A stretch of 64,000 bases of DNA from Squalus acanthias (GCA_030390025.1 CM059432.1:135410001-135474000), one strand, 5' to 3'. Shown: positions 10,775-24,377, numbered from the stretch's first letter. Numbers and translations are program-made. Notes: a model not told the origin generated them from the sequence alone.

Positions 10775-13555
10775 CAGCAGTATTGGGATGTTGGACAAGA
10801 ACTTATATCCCTCCACGCTATGGTGCCATGTTATAATGCTCCATTGTACTGCCTGCCTTCATGTTTAAAAAAAATAAAGGTAGCTCTTTTAAAAAAATTC
10901 TCACTCATGTCTATGGGAACATCAATATTCTTGCAATTTGTCACAAGTAGAATTTTAGGTTCATTTTCTCATGCAATAACCATACTAACAGCAATGAGAT
11001 TACTACAAAAGTAAGAAAAGTTGAAAATGCAATTCCCATTTGAAGAAAAGATAATTTATTGCAGCTCCAACTGAACATGATGCATAACACTTCACGGTCA
11101 TCCACATAATGGCTCTCAAGACAACTAAATTTCTATCTTGTGATTTACTTATAGGCTTATTTTCTCAATTCATGGTTAGCAACCAGTCAGAGACAGCAAA
11201 ACTGAGTTATTTTGTGTTATCTGATGGACACAAGATAACAACGCCCTGTAGGAGGCAGTCAGGATTTGTCAGTAAACTCTAATCGCTCCTTTCTTAAAAA
11301 TTCAGCATCTAAAAAGGGTACATAGCAATTTTAATAAAACAAACAGTGCTGTAACACTACACTGTAGTAGATACTATAGGTCTGATCAAAACAAATCTTA
11401 AAAATATAATTAAATATTCAATAAAAGCAATGTAATCGTTAAAAACAACAATTTGTCAAAAACAAGAACACACGTACATATCCAATCCATATGCAGGATT
11501 AGCCAGCTGCTAGTAAAATGTCACACTGCATAGCTAAAAAAACATCTATCCCTGTTGGTTAATTAAGGTCTGAAAGTGACCTTTATCAATGGCAAGCACA
11601 ACTTTATCTAACAAGATGGGGTTTAAGAAATTTCTGTCTAAATTCATTAATTACTAGCTATACTTTTCTTTAAAAAAAAACTGGAAACCAATAAATGTGC
11701 AATAAAGGCAATAAACTTACAACAAGCTTAATTCAGCAAATACATACAGATAGCCTCTTCAAGTCAGGAGAATCAAAGATTGGCATCAAATCTTTCTAAA
11801 TAATCGTCCTCAATACATGTTAAAATGTATTTTTAATTGTGTTCTTTAAAGCCATGCTTTCTTATGTGTTATTTTGAAAGGTTAACAAGGCTCTCTCTTA
11901 AGGACAGTGATAGCCGCCAGCAGTTTACATAATTATATACCGTGTACACATTTATTTCAAGCATGCTGCCAAATTTGTCCCACCAAATTCAGCACTGAAC
12001 TACAGAAACTTCTATTTAAAAAAAAAATTAATTCCAGCCTTCGTAGCCACTGAATCAGTAAAATATCAGGCACTTATGTAAAAAAAAAACCTGTAATCCT
12101 CAAGGAAAACAGCTTTTGGGTTAGTTTCCAATTTCCTTGTCATGTAACCATTAATGCATGCGCAAAGTCACCAGGAAGAATCCAGTTGTAATGGGATGCT
12201 CTGACAAACTGCAACGTAAATGCTCTCACACAAATGTAAAAACAGAGATATAACAATTGCCTTTGAGCTGTTATACCAAGGTGGGTATGTTTAATTGTTT
12301 TCACAGTAGATTTTCTCTGCAATTTTTTCTCATTTGCTTTTATACTTTATATGCGAGTGACTCTCCAGTGATAGCTGAGCAAAAGACTGACCAAATTCAT
12401 CCAATGTGGGAAAAAAACCAAGATTGTCCTGTAGTTCAGTGCTCAACAAGTTTGAACTACCTGAGCTGCTCGTGGTGATTGAAATCTATAGTCCTAGTAT
12501 CTTATGGCCATGGCTGCTAGTTTGCATCTCAAAAATCCTTAGTGTGAGTGACCTTAAAGAAGACTGGGAGATAGCCTTGTATCATCTGTGCAAAGTTTAA
12601 GATTATGTGACACGGGCAAAGCAATTCTCTGTGCTTTTACAATGATGGTGGATTTATAGACCGAGTTAGAGCAGATATTCAGGTTAGATGCTCTCGTACA
12701 AACACTGGAGTGATATTTACTTTCGAGATAAATAAATCATTACATTTATTGCTCAACAATTTAGATGGGTCATTTTTTAAAAACTGTTTTAAATCCAACT
12801 ACCTTTGAGTAACAAGTCAGAAAATCTGACTCATTATTACAAGTTGTCATCTATAACATGGAAAAATGAAGACAGTAGTTATATTGCATGTCCTGCAGCA
12901 CTGCAAAGCAGTTTTTGCATTGCATCAGAAGGGGACGAACTGCCCTGGTCACTATAAGTAGCAACATCACAAATGGATTTTGAAAAATAACAGTTTTATG
13001 ATGCTGTTGCACATTCCACCTCTTCCCCCAAGGTGAGCAACATAACTGTGGGTTAAAATTTGTTGAAATACCTTTGATTCACTGTCTTGTGATAGATCAC
13101 AGAGCAGGTAACCAGTAAAAGGCCACATTTTGAAACTTTTTTTTAAGTTTGTCTTGTTGAACCTCACCTTTTAAAAAAAAAGTTTACTTTCAGTGTTAAA
13201 GTTAGAAAAGAGCTGAAAGGACTGTCAGATCCTCTAACTTAACAAAAAAATGGTCCAGGCAGGAGAAGACTCATGAACAGCGCTTTATGCATGCATTTAA
13301 ATACACAGAACTTGCATAGAACTCTGATTAGAGATCGGTGGAAACAGGCAGTGTAACACTCCACACTGGTCGCAAAAATCAATAAATGGTAACATTGTCA
13401 TAACTGTACTACAAGAGTGTCAATATTTGAAAATCAAGTTAATTTTGATAACAATGAGATCTCAAGAGTGCATTACAGTGGAAATTCTGGATACTGGGAT
13501 CTGTTGGCTCAGACACTCCTAAAGCTGCAGAGTTAACCCTTTAATGACTATTGCG

Positions 13556-13608
13556 ACATTCAACACCAAATATAAAAGTCACCATGTTTTAGATTTGGTG
13601 TTGAATGT
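13556..13608. repeat. Near-perfect hairpin, 22-bp stem (21 of 22 paired), 9-nt loop
   Basis: acattcaacaccaaatataaaa-gtcaccatg-ttttagatttggtgttgaatgt. Confidence 0.9.
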
Positions 13609-15674
13609 TTGAGTTTATTTTTTTCTAAAAAAAAACCCTACAAATTAAGAAATATTCTGCAGGTATTTACATTTCAATAAGAAATTTATAGACAAGACTG
13701 TAGGATAATGAAATGCTTTATGGAAGCTAGGAAGAGAATTCAGTATTCTGAGGGCTACTACGATGGCATTGGCAAACAAGAGTCTATATTCCTGAGAGAG
13801 TAAAATCAGTGTCGCTTTAAGGCAAGTAGAGTACAAGATTAAACCACCAGCAGCCAAATTCAAAAAGTAACAACTACCAGCATTTTAATATTGCAATACT
13901 TGCAATTCAACACAAGTATCATAATATTTTTTAATTGATGTAAATACTTATTCTTTGTTTCTGAACAGTGACCTACTGTTAGGGCTAATCTCAGTAAGGA
14001 CATTACCAAGCATTGAGTGGTCAGAATGCTTCAATAATAATGCTCACTTTATTCAACACCGTATGTGGTAACGTCTGATGTAACAGCTAAAATTCTGCTG
14101 CCTTGCAAAGCTTATGTAGGGTTTACCAGGAGCAGCATTTTGCTAATTGGCACAAACGGCTTTATTTTAAAAGCAGCATACATTCTAAATATATTAGTGT
14201 TGCTCTTGGATTATTTTAACTTCATGCCGCAATTACACGTTAAAAATAATGACCATACCTATCCTTATAATGCAAGGCAAATTTTTACAGAAATTGATAT
14301 TATTCAGAACTAACAATGCTAGTCTGAAGGAAAGCATAATGATACATCCCATTATTATTCACACAATGACTCAGAGCACCTACCTCTGTGTCGGAGACAG
14401 TTGAAAGCATCTTTTTATTAGAAAAACAAATCAATATGCTCTAGGGCTTACAATAACTGCTGCAGGCAATTTGTATTATCACTCCTTTCACAGGGATCCA
14501 CACTTAGTATTCATTGTCATAAGTTATTCTATGAAACGACTGACTGTCACAATTGATGAGTTGTAGTGCCTTTTTTGATAAGCTCAATCAAGTAAATTTC
14601 CATCAAGTGTGCTACATCATTTCCACTTGTGGATAAATACAATTGCATTAAACATGGTAAAATATTACCTTTTACATAAATGAGCACCAGCGTCATTCAT
14701 AAAATATTAAATGTAACCAAGATCTATAACTTATTTCCTGAAAATGCACAAAGTAATGAACATGAGAAACTTCTGAAAAGGAATTAGATTTTAGGTGGCT
14801 TCAATCTGGCCTTGGGTTTTCAATAGTCACCTATTTAATTACCATACAAGGCTGCACTGAATGTTTTTTCAGAAGATAAACACAGAATTGCATCATTTTA
14901 TATTAAGCCGAGAAAGGAACTTTTTCACCTTTTTAATGTAGAAAAGAACATGTCAGTACAATAACAGGAAACTATCCAAACAGTAAATGAAAACAACACG
15001 ATTACGTGAATTCAGAACAGGAGTACTGTAAAAGCAATAACAGTATTGATGCCAAAGGTTCTTAAAGCCATTACTGCAGCTGGTTAAGATTCTTACCCAA
15101 TTGAAATGCATTTTATAGATTAAGTGCACAAACCGTTTTGATCAATTATGTTAAGCTAGGTCACTTTTAAGTAAATTCCATTAATTTTTGTGCATAGCTA
15201 AATCATTCCTGCCTGAAAGCAAGAACAAAAAAATAAAGATCACCAGGAAAATGATAGATGATGGTAGCCGACAGCAAAAAGCAAACGTGACTTTTAAAAT
15301 TTCAAATTTGATCCATTCTTGTTCCTCTTAGGTCAATACAATTTACTCATCAAGAATCTGTTTGGTATTCACAAGTTACCATCTTGTTATGCCTTAACAT
15401 GTTTGACATTGCACTCGATTTGTGAAGTGCTTGCTGTCTCAAGGCAAATTATGCATTTGGAAACTTGATTTCTGAGCTGCAACAATTTGTGCACAAAAAA
15501 GATAAGGTAAATATCTGTAAAATAAACTTGTCAAAATAAACAGGAAATGGGGATGCGAGAGAGAAATTGCCTGGCACAAATTTGAAACACTCGAAGAGGC
15601 CAATTTAAATAGCTAAATTTTACAAGTGCAACGAAGAAAGGATAAAGCTGGTTTAAAACTATACTGGAACTTAC

Positions 15675-15751
15675 CTTATTTTTGGGATTGGAAGTATTCA
15701 TTACACTGCGAGTTTCCTTTCCAGTATAAATTACCACCCCTATCACTGTAC
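15675..15751 (-). CDS. ATP9B: ATP9B internal coding exon (77 nt, phase 1-0)
   Basis: tttttacag|GT ACA GTG ATA...AAT AAG|gtaagt. Translation (G)[25 protein letters not shown] carries the P4-ATPase YTGxET motif. KETR/NPKNK favours ATP9B over ATP9A (RELR/NPRSK). Confidence 0.96.
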
Positions 15752-17569
15752 CTGTAAAAAATAGGCTATAATAAAAACATGTTTTGAATCAAGGAGCTGT
15801 TGCCAATTTTCACTGCTACAAAGAACCTGACTTGACAAAATTATGTATCATGTTACGTAAAGGCATGTATGCCAAAATAATGGGATACATAATATCCACA
15901 TACAGAATCCACATCCAGGAAATTCATGCTAAATTTTGCAGCTAGACTTTAGAACAGTTAGGAGGAAAGAATTAAACATTTCTGAAAACTGTTAAAAAAA
16001 AAAATGCAAAATAAATGGAAAAACCCTAGAATGGAAAGCTGTGTCTCTTAACAGGGATTGATTGATCAATAACTACATCTTATTCATCACTTTATTATTT
16101 CAGCTTAATTTCCAAGGTATTTTATAATTAATAATTTTTAAAGATCAACGTAATAGTTTTATTAAGAGTACTCATCAAAAAGCAGAGCACATTTTAAAAA
16201 ATATTTCTGAAATCATGTGGAGCACAGTGGGGAAAAAAATAGATTCAGTGAATCACTTTTGGCAGTTAGGAGGGTGAGAGGAATTAGCAAACAACTCATT
16301 AAAGGTACTAAATTACAGTAGAGACAGACCAGCATCACAATGAACGTAGTTAACAATTCAGAATTCCAAACTTCCGACATTAACAAGCTATGAAACACAC
16401 CAGCTTCTGACCTTTACTTGCCCTTTAAACACTAAACATAATAGCGTGGAGCAGACCAAGGCGCACATTATTGTACGTTACTTAAAAATCGGTACTCAAA
16501 AAGATTAGAAAAAATATCCTGCTTATTCTCTCATCTACCAATTAAGAAAAACTTGTCATGAGTAACTATACCACAAAAATTGTCTAATTCTTCTCGTTTG
16601 GCCTCTGGCAAAGTATCATATGCTCAATACTCCAAGGGTTCATTTTCTTCTGGCACAGAATGCCTGGAAAAATATCTTAATGTGCTGAGAATTTGTGACT
16701 ATCCCTGTGGTTGATAGTAACAGACAAAATCCTGTTTAGACACGCAGCCACTACATAGCGAGGTCAATCTGTGGGTCAAGGTCAGGCTAAGGAAGAGTGC
16801 TTAGGGAATTGCGTGGGGAACACCTCAAAACCTTCAGCTCCTATTGCCGCTTCACTGACAATTACAGAGGAGACAGGCCACAGATCAATACTGTGGAGGA
16901 TCACTAACACCAGACTGATGTAAGTATATGAGGGTTCAATGCACAGTGGAAAAATAAGATGCAATAAATCCAGACGATAAGTGTCCCATTAGTATTTTTA
17001 TTAGTTGATGCCATTTCTGAAAGGTTTATTAATAAGGCATAAGTGGTATATTGATACAAGAAGGTCCCTGCTGGATATTACAAAGCAAACCTCAAGTATA
17101 ATATAGCAATGAAGATGGGAAATGCATTCACTCAGCATTTGTCTCAACTAATGGGTTGTAATAAACCATCCTAGTATGCTACTGCTTTCCCAACAAAGGG
17201 AAAAATGCCAATTCCACAATTCCAATTATTTAAAATTATAGGAGAGCTCGGCTATATGCATTAGGCCATTAATGGACCAAAAAAGACTTATAATCGGACT
17301 CGTATATGGAAGGAAGTGTCTATGCATTACTGTAAAGATTTCCTACATGGGAGGGAAACTTTGATGCAATGAAAAGCTGCCGAGAAGTGAGCTTCACTGC
17401 AATCAAGTTTCTCAGTTATGTAAAAGTAAATGGTTCAAGCCATTACAACATGCCTAGTCCCTTTTAAATGTTTGTTATTTCTATTACAGCATACCACCAT
17501 TACCATGAGAATTTGATACAGTGCTACTGTGCAAGCATAAACATCATACTGGATTACATTTCTATGGAT

Positions 17570-17860
17570 CACCTCCGTAACATCGCCCGTCTCCACCCAT
17601 TCCTCAGCTCATATGCTGCCGAAACCCTCATCCATGCCTTTGTTACCTCGACTTGACTATTCTAATGCTCTCCTTGCTGGCCTCCCACCTTGCACCCTCC
17701 CTAAACTTGAGCTCATCCAAAACTACGCTGCCCGCAGTAAGTCCTGTTCACCCATCACCCTGTGCTTGCTGACCTACATTGGCTCCCGGTCTGGCAACAC
17801 CTCGATTTTAAAATTCACATCCTGGTTTTCAAATCCTTCCTTGGCCTTGCGCTTCCTTCT
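17570..17860 (+). mobile_element. L2-type LINE fragment
   Basis: HLRNIARLHPFLS…AETLIHAFVTS…RLDYSNALLAGLP…KLELIQN motifs are typical of the L2 ORF2 C-terminal part. Confidence 0.8.
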
Positions 17861-18453
17861 CTCTACTTGCCACCTATCAGCCCAAACCTGAATGTCGCCC
17901 AGGTCTTGCTGCATGCAGGCATGGACTGCTTCATTATCTGAGGAGTTGCGAATGGAACTAAAACACTGTGCAATCATCAGCGAACATCCCCACTTCTGAC
18001 CTTATGATGAAGGTCATTGATTAAGCAGCTGAAGATGGTTGGGACTGGGACACTGCCCCGAGGAACTCCTGCAGCTGAGATGATTGGCCTCCAACAACCA
18101 CAACCATCCCCCGTTGTGTTAGGTATGACTCCAGCCAGTGTCAATGATAGCACTGTCAATGACACCTTCCATTACTTTGCTGATGATTGAGAGTAGACCG
18201 ATGTGGCAAGTAATTGGCCGGATTGGATTTGTCCTGCTTTTTGTGGACTGGACATACCTGGGCAGTTTTCCACATGATCGGGTAGATGCACCTGGAATAG
18301 CTTGGCTAGAGGCGCAGCTAGTTCTGGAGCACAAGTCTTCAGCACGACAGCCGGGATGTTGTCGGGGCCCATAGCCTTTGCTGTATCCAGTGCGCTCAGC
18401 TGTTTCTTGACTTCACGTGGAGTAAATCGAATTGACTGAAGACTTGCTTCGGT

Positions 18454-19880
18454 CTTCTTCTTTCGTATGGTACTAGCAAAGCAAATCAAATGTCAATATC
18501 CAAGTCAACATATCCAGGCCAAAGCTTCCTGTGCAACAGCGTGGATATCTTGTCGGTTGCCTGCAAATTTCCTCTGAGGGCAGCGTTCAATGATGTGCTC
18601 CAGGGTCTGATTAGGAGCTCCAGAGTCACATGATGGGGATGCTTTAATCTTCCATCTATGGAGAAGGTGGCAGCATCTACCATAACCGGTTCTGAGGCGG
18701 TTGATGGTTGTCCACCGTTTGCGAGGAAGGTTTGATCCTTCAGGTTGTACTGTGGAGTCCGCGAAAAGGAATCCATTCGGTATGTCACAGTTCTTCCAAG
18801 CATTGCGTCATCGGTCAAGGTGGAGAGGAGATTGCTAAAGGGCTTCGGCGACAGTCCAAAATGGCCTTCTAGATTTGAGACGAGTTGGTGGTAATTTGTT
18901 CAAGTCAGCCTGGATCAGCATGTCTTTACTGGTGTAGCTGTTGTATTCTCTGGAGACTGCAGATTGTCAGCATAGGTGTGGTGGTGCGATGTTTGCAAGC
19001 ACGGGCAGCCAAGGCGTTGGCGTCAATAAAAGCGTACCGGTGATAATTCTCAAAGTAGATGTCAGCTGGACATCAATGGGTTTGACATGCAAACTTGATG
19101 GCCATGCCGGACAGCAGTACTCCACTGTAGAGTACACCAGGGCATGTGCTGCCATACGGAGGGTTTGAGCCTCTGCTCCCCATGTGGATCCGACGAGTTT
19201 CTGGATCAAGTTGCCCTACTCTTTAGTTTCTTCCCAAGGTTCTGGAGATGTTGTCTATACGACAGGGTGCGATGAAGCGTGACTCCTAAATAGGAGGGTT
19301 TTTTGGCATGGTTTACCTCTGCGCCGCAGGAGACTTTCAAAGTTTGGTTTGCTTGATGGGTGTTGAGGTGGAATGTCGAGGGGACGATCTTTTGCGGGTT
19401 TGGCCGAAGTCACAGTCAGGGGAAGGAGGCCTCCATCCTCTGTAAATCACTGGTCAGGGTCTCCTCGGTGATGGCCACGCACAACATGAATCTGTCCAAG
19501 GCAATGTCATCAGCAGATACGAACTTGCGGGACTCTGTTTTGGGAAGGTCAATAGTGTAAACGTTGAATAACATGGGTGCCAGGACAGAACCCTGTGGGA
19601 GTCCGTTGTTCAATGTCCTACATATGCTCTTCTGGGTGCCAGTGTACACACGGTTACTAAGCATGGAGTTGAGAAGATGAATCATTGTCCTGCAGCATAA
19701 AATGGCTGGGAGCTTGAAAAGCAGTTCATACTGTGTTATACGCTGCTGACAAGTCCATAAGTACTACGGCAGTCTTGAGCTGGCGCTGGAAGCCTGCTTT
19801 GATGTGCATTGTTAAAGCCACCACTTGGTCACAGCAGCTCGCTCCTTAGGGATGGTTGGCTCGATGGGGGCTCGTCTGTG
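18454..19880 (-). mobile_element. Vingi/ingi-clade (I-group) LINE, 5'-truncated, with TSD
   Basis: RT motifs DLSAAYNTV, GLPQGSVLAPMLFNVY and SADDIAL, plus KLVGSTWGA..TLR. C-terminal INRLRTGYGRC…SCDSGAPNQTLEHIIERCP is a decayed CCHC knuckle. No RNase H. Tail CCATACG-AAAG(AAG)n. TSD gcttcggt 18446-18453 / gcttctgt 19881-19888. Confidence 0.8.
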
Positions 19881-20026
19881 GCTTCTGTGATGGTGGGGAC
19901 CTCAGGAGGCCGAGATGGATCATCCACTCGGCACTTCTGGCTTAAGAAGGTTGCAAACGTTTCAGCTTTGTCTTTAGCACTCGCGTGCTGGGCTCTACCA
20001 TCATTGAGGATGGGTATGTTCATGGA

Positions 20027-21300
20027 GCTCACCAATAACCTGCTCACCGATGCTCAATTTGGGTTCCGCCAGAACCACTCGGCTCCAGACCTCATTACAG
20101 CCTTGATCCAAACATGGACAAAAGAGCTGAATTTCAGAGACGAGGTGAGAGTGAATGCCCTTGACATGAAGGCAACATTTGACCGAGTGTGGCATCAAGG
20201 AATCCTAGCAAAATTGAAGTCAATGGGAATCAGGGGAAAGATTCTCCACTGGCTGGAGTCATACCTAGCACAAAGGAAGATGGTTGTGCTGGTTGGAGGC
20301 CAATCATCTCAGCCCCAGAACATCACTGCAGGAGTTCCTCAGGGAAACTCCTAGGTCCAATCATCTTCAACTGCTTCATCAATGAGCTGCCCTCCATCAG
20401 AAAGTCAGAAGTGGGGATGTTTGCTGATGATTACACAGTGTTCAGTTCCATTCGTAACTCCTCAAATAATGAAGCTGTCTATGCCCACATGCAGCAAGAC
20501 CTGGACGACATTCAGGCTTGGGCTGATAAGTGGCAAGTAATATTCGCGCCACACAAGTGCCAGGCAATAACTATCTCCAGCAAGAGAGCGTCTAACCACT
20601 GCCCATTGACATTCAACAGCATTACCATCGCTGAATCCCCCAACAACATCCACATCCTGGGGGTCACCATTGATCAGAAACTTAACTGAACTAGCCACGT
20701 AAATACTGTGGCTACAAGAGCAGGTCAGAGGCTGGGTATTCTGCGGCATGTGTCTCATCTCTCAACTCCCCAAAGCCTTTTCACCATCAACAAGGCACAA
20801 GTCAGGAGTGTGATGGAATACTCTGCACTTGCTTGGATGAATGCAGCTCCAACAACACTCGAAGCTTGACATCATCTAGGACAAAGCAGCCCGCTTAATT
20901 GGCACCCCATCCACCACCTTAAACATTCACTCCCTCCATCACCGGCACACCATGGCTGCAGTGTGTACCATCTACAAGATGCACTACAGCAACTCACCAA
21001 GGCTTCTTTGACAGCACCTCCCGAACCCACGACCTCTACCACCTCGAAGGACAAGGGCAGCAGGTGCATGGGAACACCATCACCTCCAAGTCACACACTA
21101 TCCTGACTTGGAAATATATCACTGTTCCTTCATAGTCACTGGGTCAAAATCCTGGAACTCCCTCCCTAACAGCACCATGGGAGTACCTTCACCACACTGA
21201 CTGCAGCAGTTCAAGGCAGTGGCTCACCACCACCTTTTCGAGGGCAATAAATGCAGGTCTTGCCAGCGACGCCCACATTGCAGGAACGAATTTAAAAAAA
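20027..21300 (+). mobile_element. Family-B LINE, 5'-truncated, complete 3' end
   Basis: QFGFRQNHS, DMKATFDRVWH, GVPQG and MFADD motifs. Tail gggcaataaatgcaggtcttgccagcgacgcccaca…aaaaaaa. Confidence 0.85.
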
Positions 21301-21629
21301 TTCACGACTGGATGTGGCAGGACTGCAGAGTTTTGATCTGATCTGTTGGTTGTGGGATCGTTTAGCTCTGTCTATAGCATGCTGCTTCCGTTGTTTAGCT
21401 TGCATGTAGTCCTGTGTTGCAGCTTCTCCAGGTTGGCATCCCATTTTTAGGTACGCCTGGTGCTACTCCTGGCATGCTCTTCTACACTCCTCATTGAACC
21501 AGGGCTGGCCCCTTGGCTTGATGGTAACGGTAAAGTGAGGGATATGCCAGGCCACGAGGTTGCAGATAGTGTTGGAATACAATTCTGCTGCTGCCCCACA
21601 ACGCCTCATGGATACCCAATTTTGACCGT

Positions 21630-22200
21630 TTATTTCTGAAGGGATAGAATTGAAAGTAGCGAAGTTATGCTAAACTTGTATCGAACCTTGGTTAGACCAC
21701 ACTTGGACTACTGTGTACAGTTCTGGTCGCCATGTTATTAAAAGTATATAGAGGCATTGGAGAGGGTGCAAAAAAAGATTTACAAGGATGATACCACAAC
21801 TGCAAGGTTGTACCCATCAGGAAAGGATGAACAGGCTGGGTCGCTCTTCTCTTGAAGAGAGAATGTTGAGGGGTGACCTAATAGAGATATTTAAAATTAT
21901 GAAAGGTTTTGATAGAGTAAACACAGAGTGTTTCCACTTGTGGGGAAGAGCAAAACTCGAGGTCACCAATATAAGATAGTCACCAAGAAATCCAAGAGGG
22001 AATTCAGAAGGAACTTCTTTACCCAGAGAGGTGAGCATGCGGAACCCTGCTGAGGTGAACAGTATAGATATATTTAAGGGGAAGCTAGATAAGCAAATGA
22101 GGGAGAAGGGAATGGGAGGAGGCTCAAATGGAGCATAAACACCGGCAAGGACTGGTCGGGCCGAGTTGCCTGTTTCTATGCTGTATATCCTATGTAATTC
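21630..22200 (+). mobile_element. CR1 3' portion (family E)
   Basis: LRGDLIEIFKIMKGFDRV. The 3' UTR (gaggctc-agtggagcataaac) is shared with 24378-24792, 37404 and 56255. Confidence 0.85.
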
Positions 22201-22789
22201 CTTAGTGAATGAGTTGAAAGGAAAGTTAACAAAGAAATTCAGTATTCAAATCTATTGTTCCATTATACAAGAGCTACAGAATTGAAACTTTGGATTTTGA
22301 GAGTTGCTCCTTAGAAGGCAGAATCATTCAGAAGTTCCACAACCTCGCTTCTCCCTGTGATTTTTTCTGTACTCTGGGAATAATGGGAAATGAAGAAAAC
22401 AAGTGTAGGAATAATTTGAACCGAGAGGGGCTTTTGAGAGCCCAAGCTCTGAAAGCTGCATTCTTGGAACAAATTGTGAAAAGTCTTTTATACTTGAGTG
22501 TGGCACATACAGGTCTAATTCCAGATAGCAGCAAGACCAGGAAAAGTAACCATGACCTGTGAATGAAAAGTTCACTGCTGAGAGTGTACCAGCATGACTC
22601 GGAGAGCTGGTAGTAATACTGTCCACTCGACCTAGATTTTGGGCCAAATGACAAGCCTTGCACCAATAATCAATCTGAAAAGTGCCATGGCTTAAAATAT
22701 GGAAATTAATTCTCTCCTCAGTATCCCTGTTGAAGAAGCAGACAACTGTTCTGGTATCTAACAAAAAGTATGGACTGGAGAAGGCTTGG

Positions 22790-23660
22790 AAGTGGTGCTC
22801 AGTGTATATATAGATAATTTTGACTTGGATATGAGAACACAATCTTGGAATTTGCTTCAAGACACAAAAGCAGGAAGCTTGGCAAATAGGAAGGAGGACT
22901 GTAAGAGCATTCAGGAAGAAATAGTCAGGTTAGTGGAATGGACAGAGCTGATGACGACATTTAATGTGGGCAAGTGTGATGTAATACATTTTTGAAGAAA
23001 AAAAACAAGTAATGGGAGTATATACTTAATGAAAAGATACTGATGTGGATGAACAGACACACCCAAGGGTTCAAACACATAATTCCCTGAAAGTGAGAGT
23101 ACAAGGTAGATAAAGCCACAACAAGGCCAAAAGGACTTTGGGTCATAGAGTACAAGAGTAAACAGCGTAATAATGAAATTATACAAAACATTGGTTCAGC
23201 CACAGTTAGATTACTATGTAATGTTTTGAGAGGATATTTAAAGTCATAGAGGTCAAACAGTATAGATTCACCAGGATGATGCTGGTGATGGACACTCTTA
23301 GGAAAGACTGGAGATAATGGGACTATTTCCACTGAAGCAGAGAAGACCAAGAGAAAATGTAATCAAATTATGAGTTATGAAGAGTGAATAGAGAAAGACT
23401 ATTTTCACTGGCTGGAAAGATTATTTCCTCTGGTTGAGGAGTAAGTGATGAAGAGAAATATTACACAGGGATGTTGAGAGTATGAAACGCTTGATCACGG
23501 GCTGAAGTAGCAACCATTGCATCTTCAGGGAACGCTGGATAAATATTTGAAGCAGAGGAAGATGTAAAGCAATAGAGAAGACACCGTTGTGGCAGTAGGA
23601 TTAGTGTTGGATTGCTCTAGTGAAGAGCTAGCACAGACACAACTAGCTCAATCTGTGCAT
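22790..23660 (+). mobile_element. Highly decayed ancient CR1 3' half
   Basis: Remnants LVEWTE…FNVGKCDVIHF and aaaacattggttcagccacagttaga (KTLVxPQL). Confidence 0.6.
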
Positions 23661-24377
23661 TAATCTTTCACCGTTGTCTGGGCCTTAAGTTCATTGATCC
23701 TGTTTGGATCAAATCGATCAACTCAAATTCAGAGAAGATTTGGTTTACCTGCACCACGTGTGACAATGGCAAATGTCTGGAGTACAAGATTAAGTTGGAT
23801 AGATCTTGCATTCAATATACCATTCAGACCCAGAATTTACAGGAATTTTTCTTTTGTTGCATCGAGATGGGCAAAGCTCTCGGCCTCCCTTCTGTAATGT
23901 CAGGAATTACCCCGAGGGTAGGAAGGCCACACCTAGAGGCTGGTTTTCTTCTAGCACCTTTACCTTGTGTAAATAGCCTGACAAATCAGCAGAATGCATC
24001 TCAATCTTAAATCTACTCTCCTTCATAATGGGTTACTGCAGCCTGGAGCTCACAATTCCCATGTTTTATCAGTAATAGAGACTGAAATATATTACAGGGT
24101 CTGTTTGCTATAACAGATTGAAATTACACCCTTTTTATCAATACAATGGTATAATGAAGTGGAATGAGAGTGTCTACTGAGCAACCAAAACCTGTTAGAT
24201 GCACTGCTCCAAATCAGCCTGAATCAAAGCATTTCTTGACTTAATTTTTGACAAATAAAAATCTATCCCCTCAGACAACTTGTCTCCAATCTATCATTTT
24301 AAAATTCAACAAAGCAAGTGGAAACCATCTTAGAACAGAGTTTCCACAACTTTTAATAGATATAAAATCATACTAGT

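Larger units (their letters stand above)
17863..21625 (-). mobile_element. Family-B LINE host copy (pieces 21301-21625, 19881-20026, 17863-18453) carrying two nested insertions
   Basis: The minus-strand reading runs across the insertions: …KLCSPATSSRE / SMNIPILNDG…PEVPTITEA / EASLQSIRFTPR…GPDNIP…QQDLGDIQVWADRWQV. Confidence 0.8.

Noticed and set aside
15531..15746. 71-aa ORF as a standalone small protein
   Set aside because: It is the ATP9B exon read through its GT donor into the intron.
17863..21300. Twin-priming 5' inversion of one family-B LINE (head-to-head arms meeting at about 20027)
   Set aside because: The minus-strand piece continues at 21301-21625, so the plus-strand copy is a nested insertion rather than an inverted 5' end.
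22290..22860. Overlapping 90-178-aa ORFs between CR1 copies
   Set aside because: No recognisable domain, splice context or coding-like composition, so they are probably chance ORFs.
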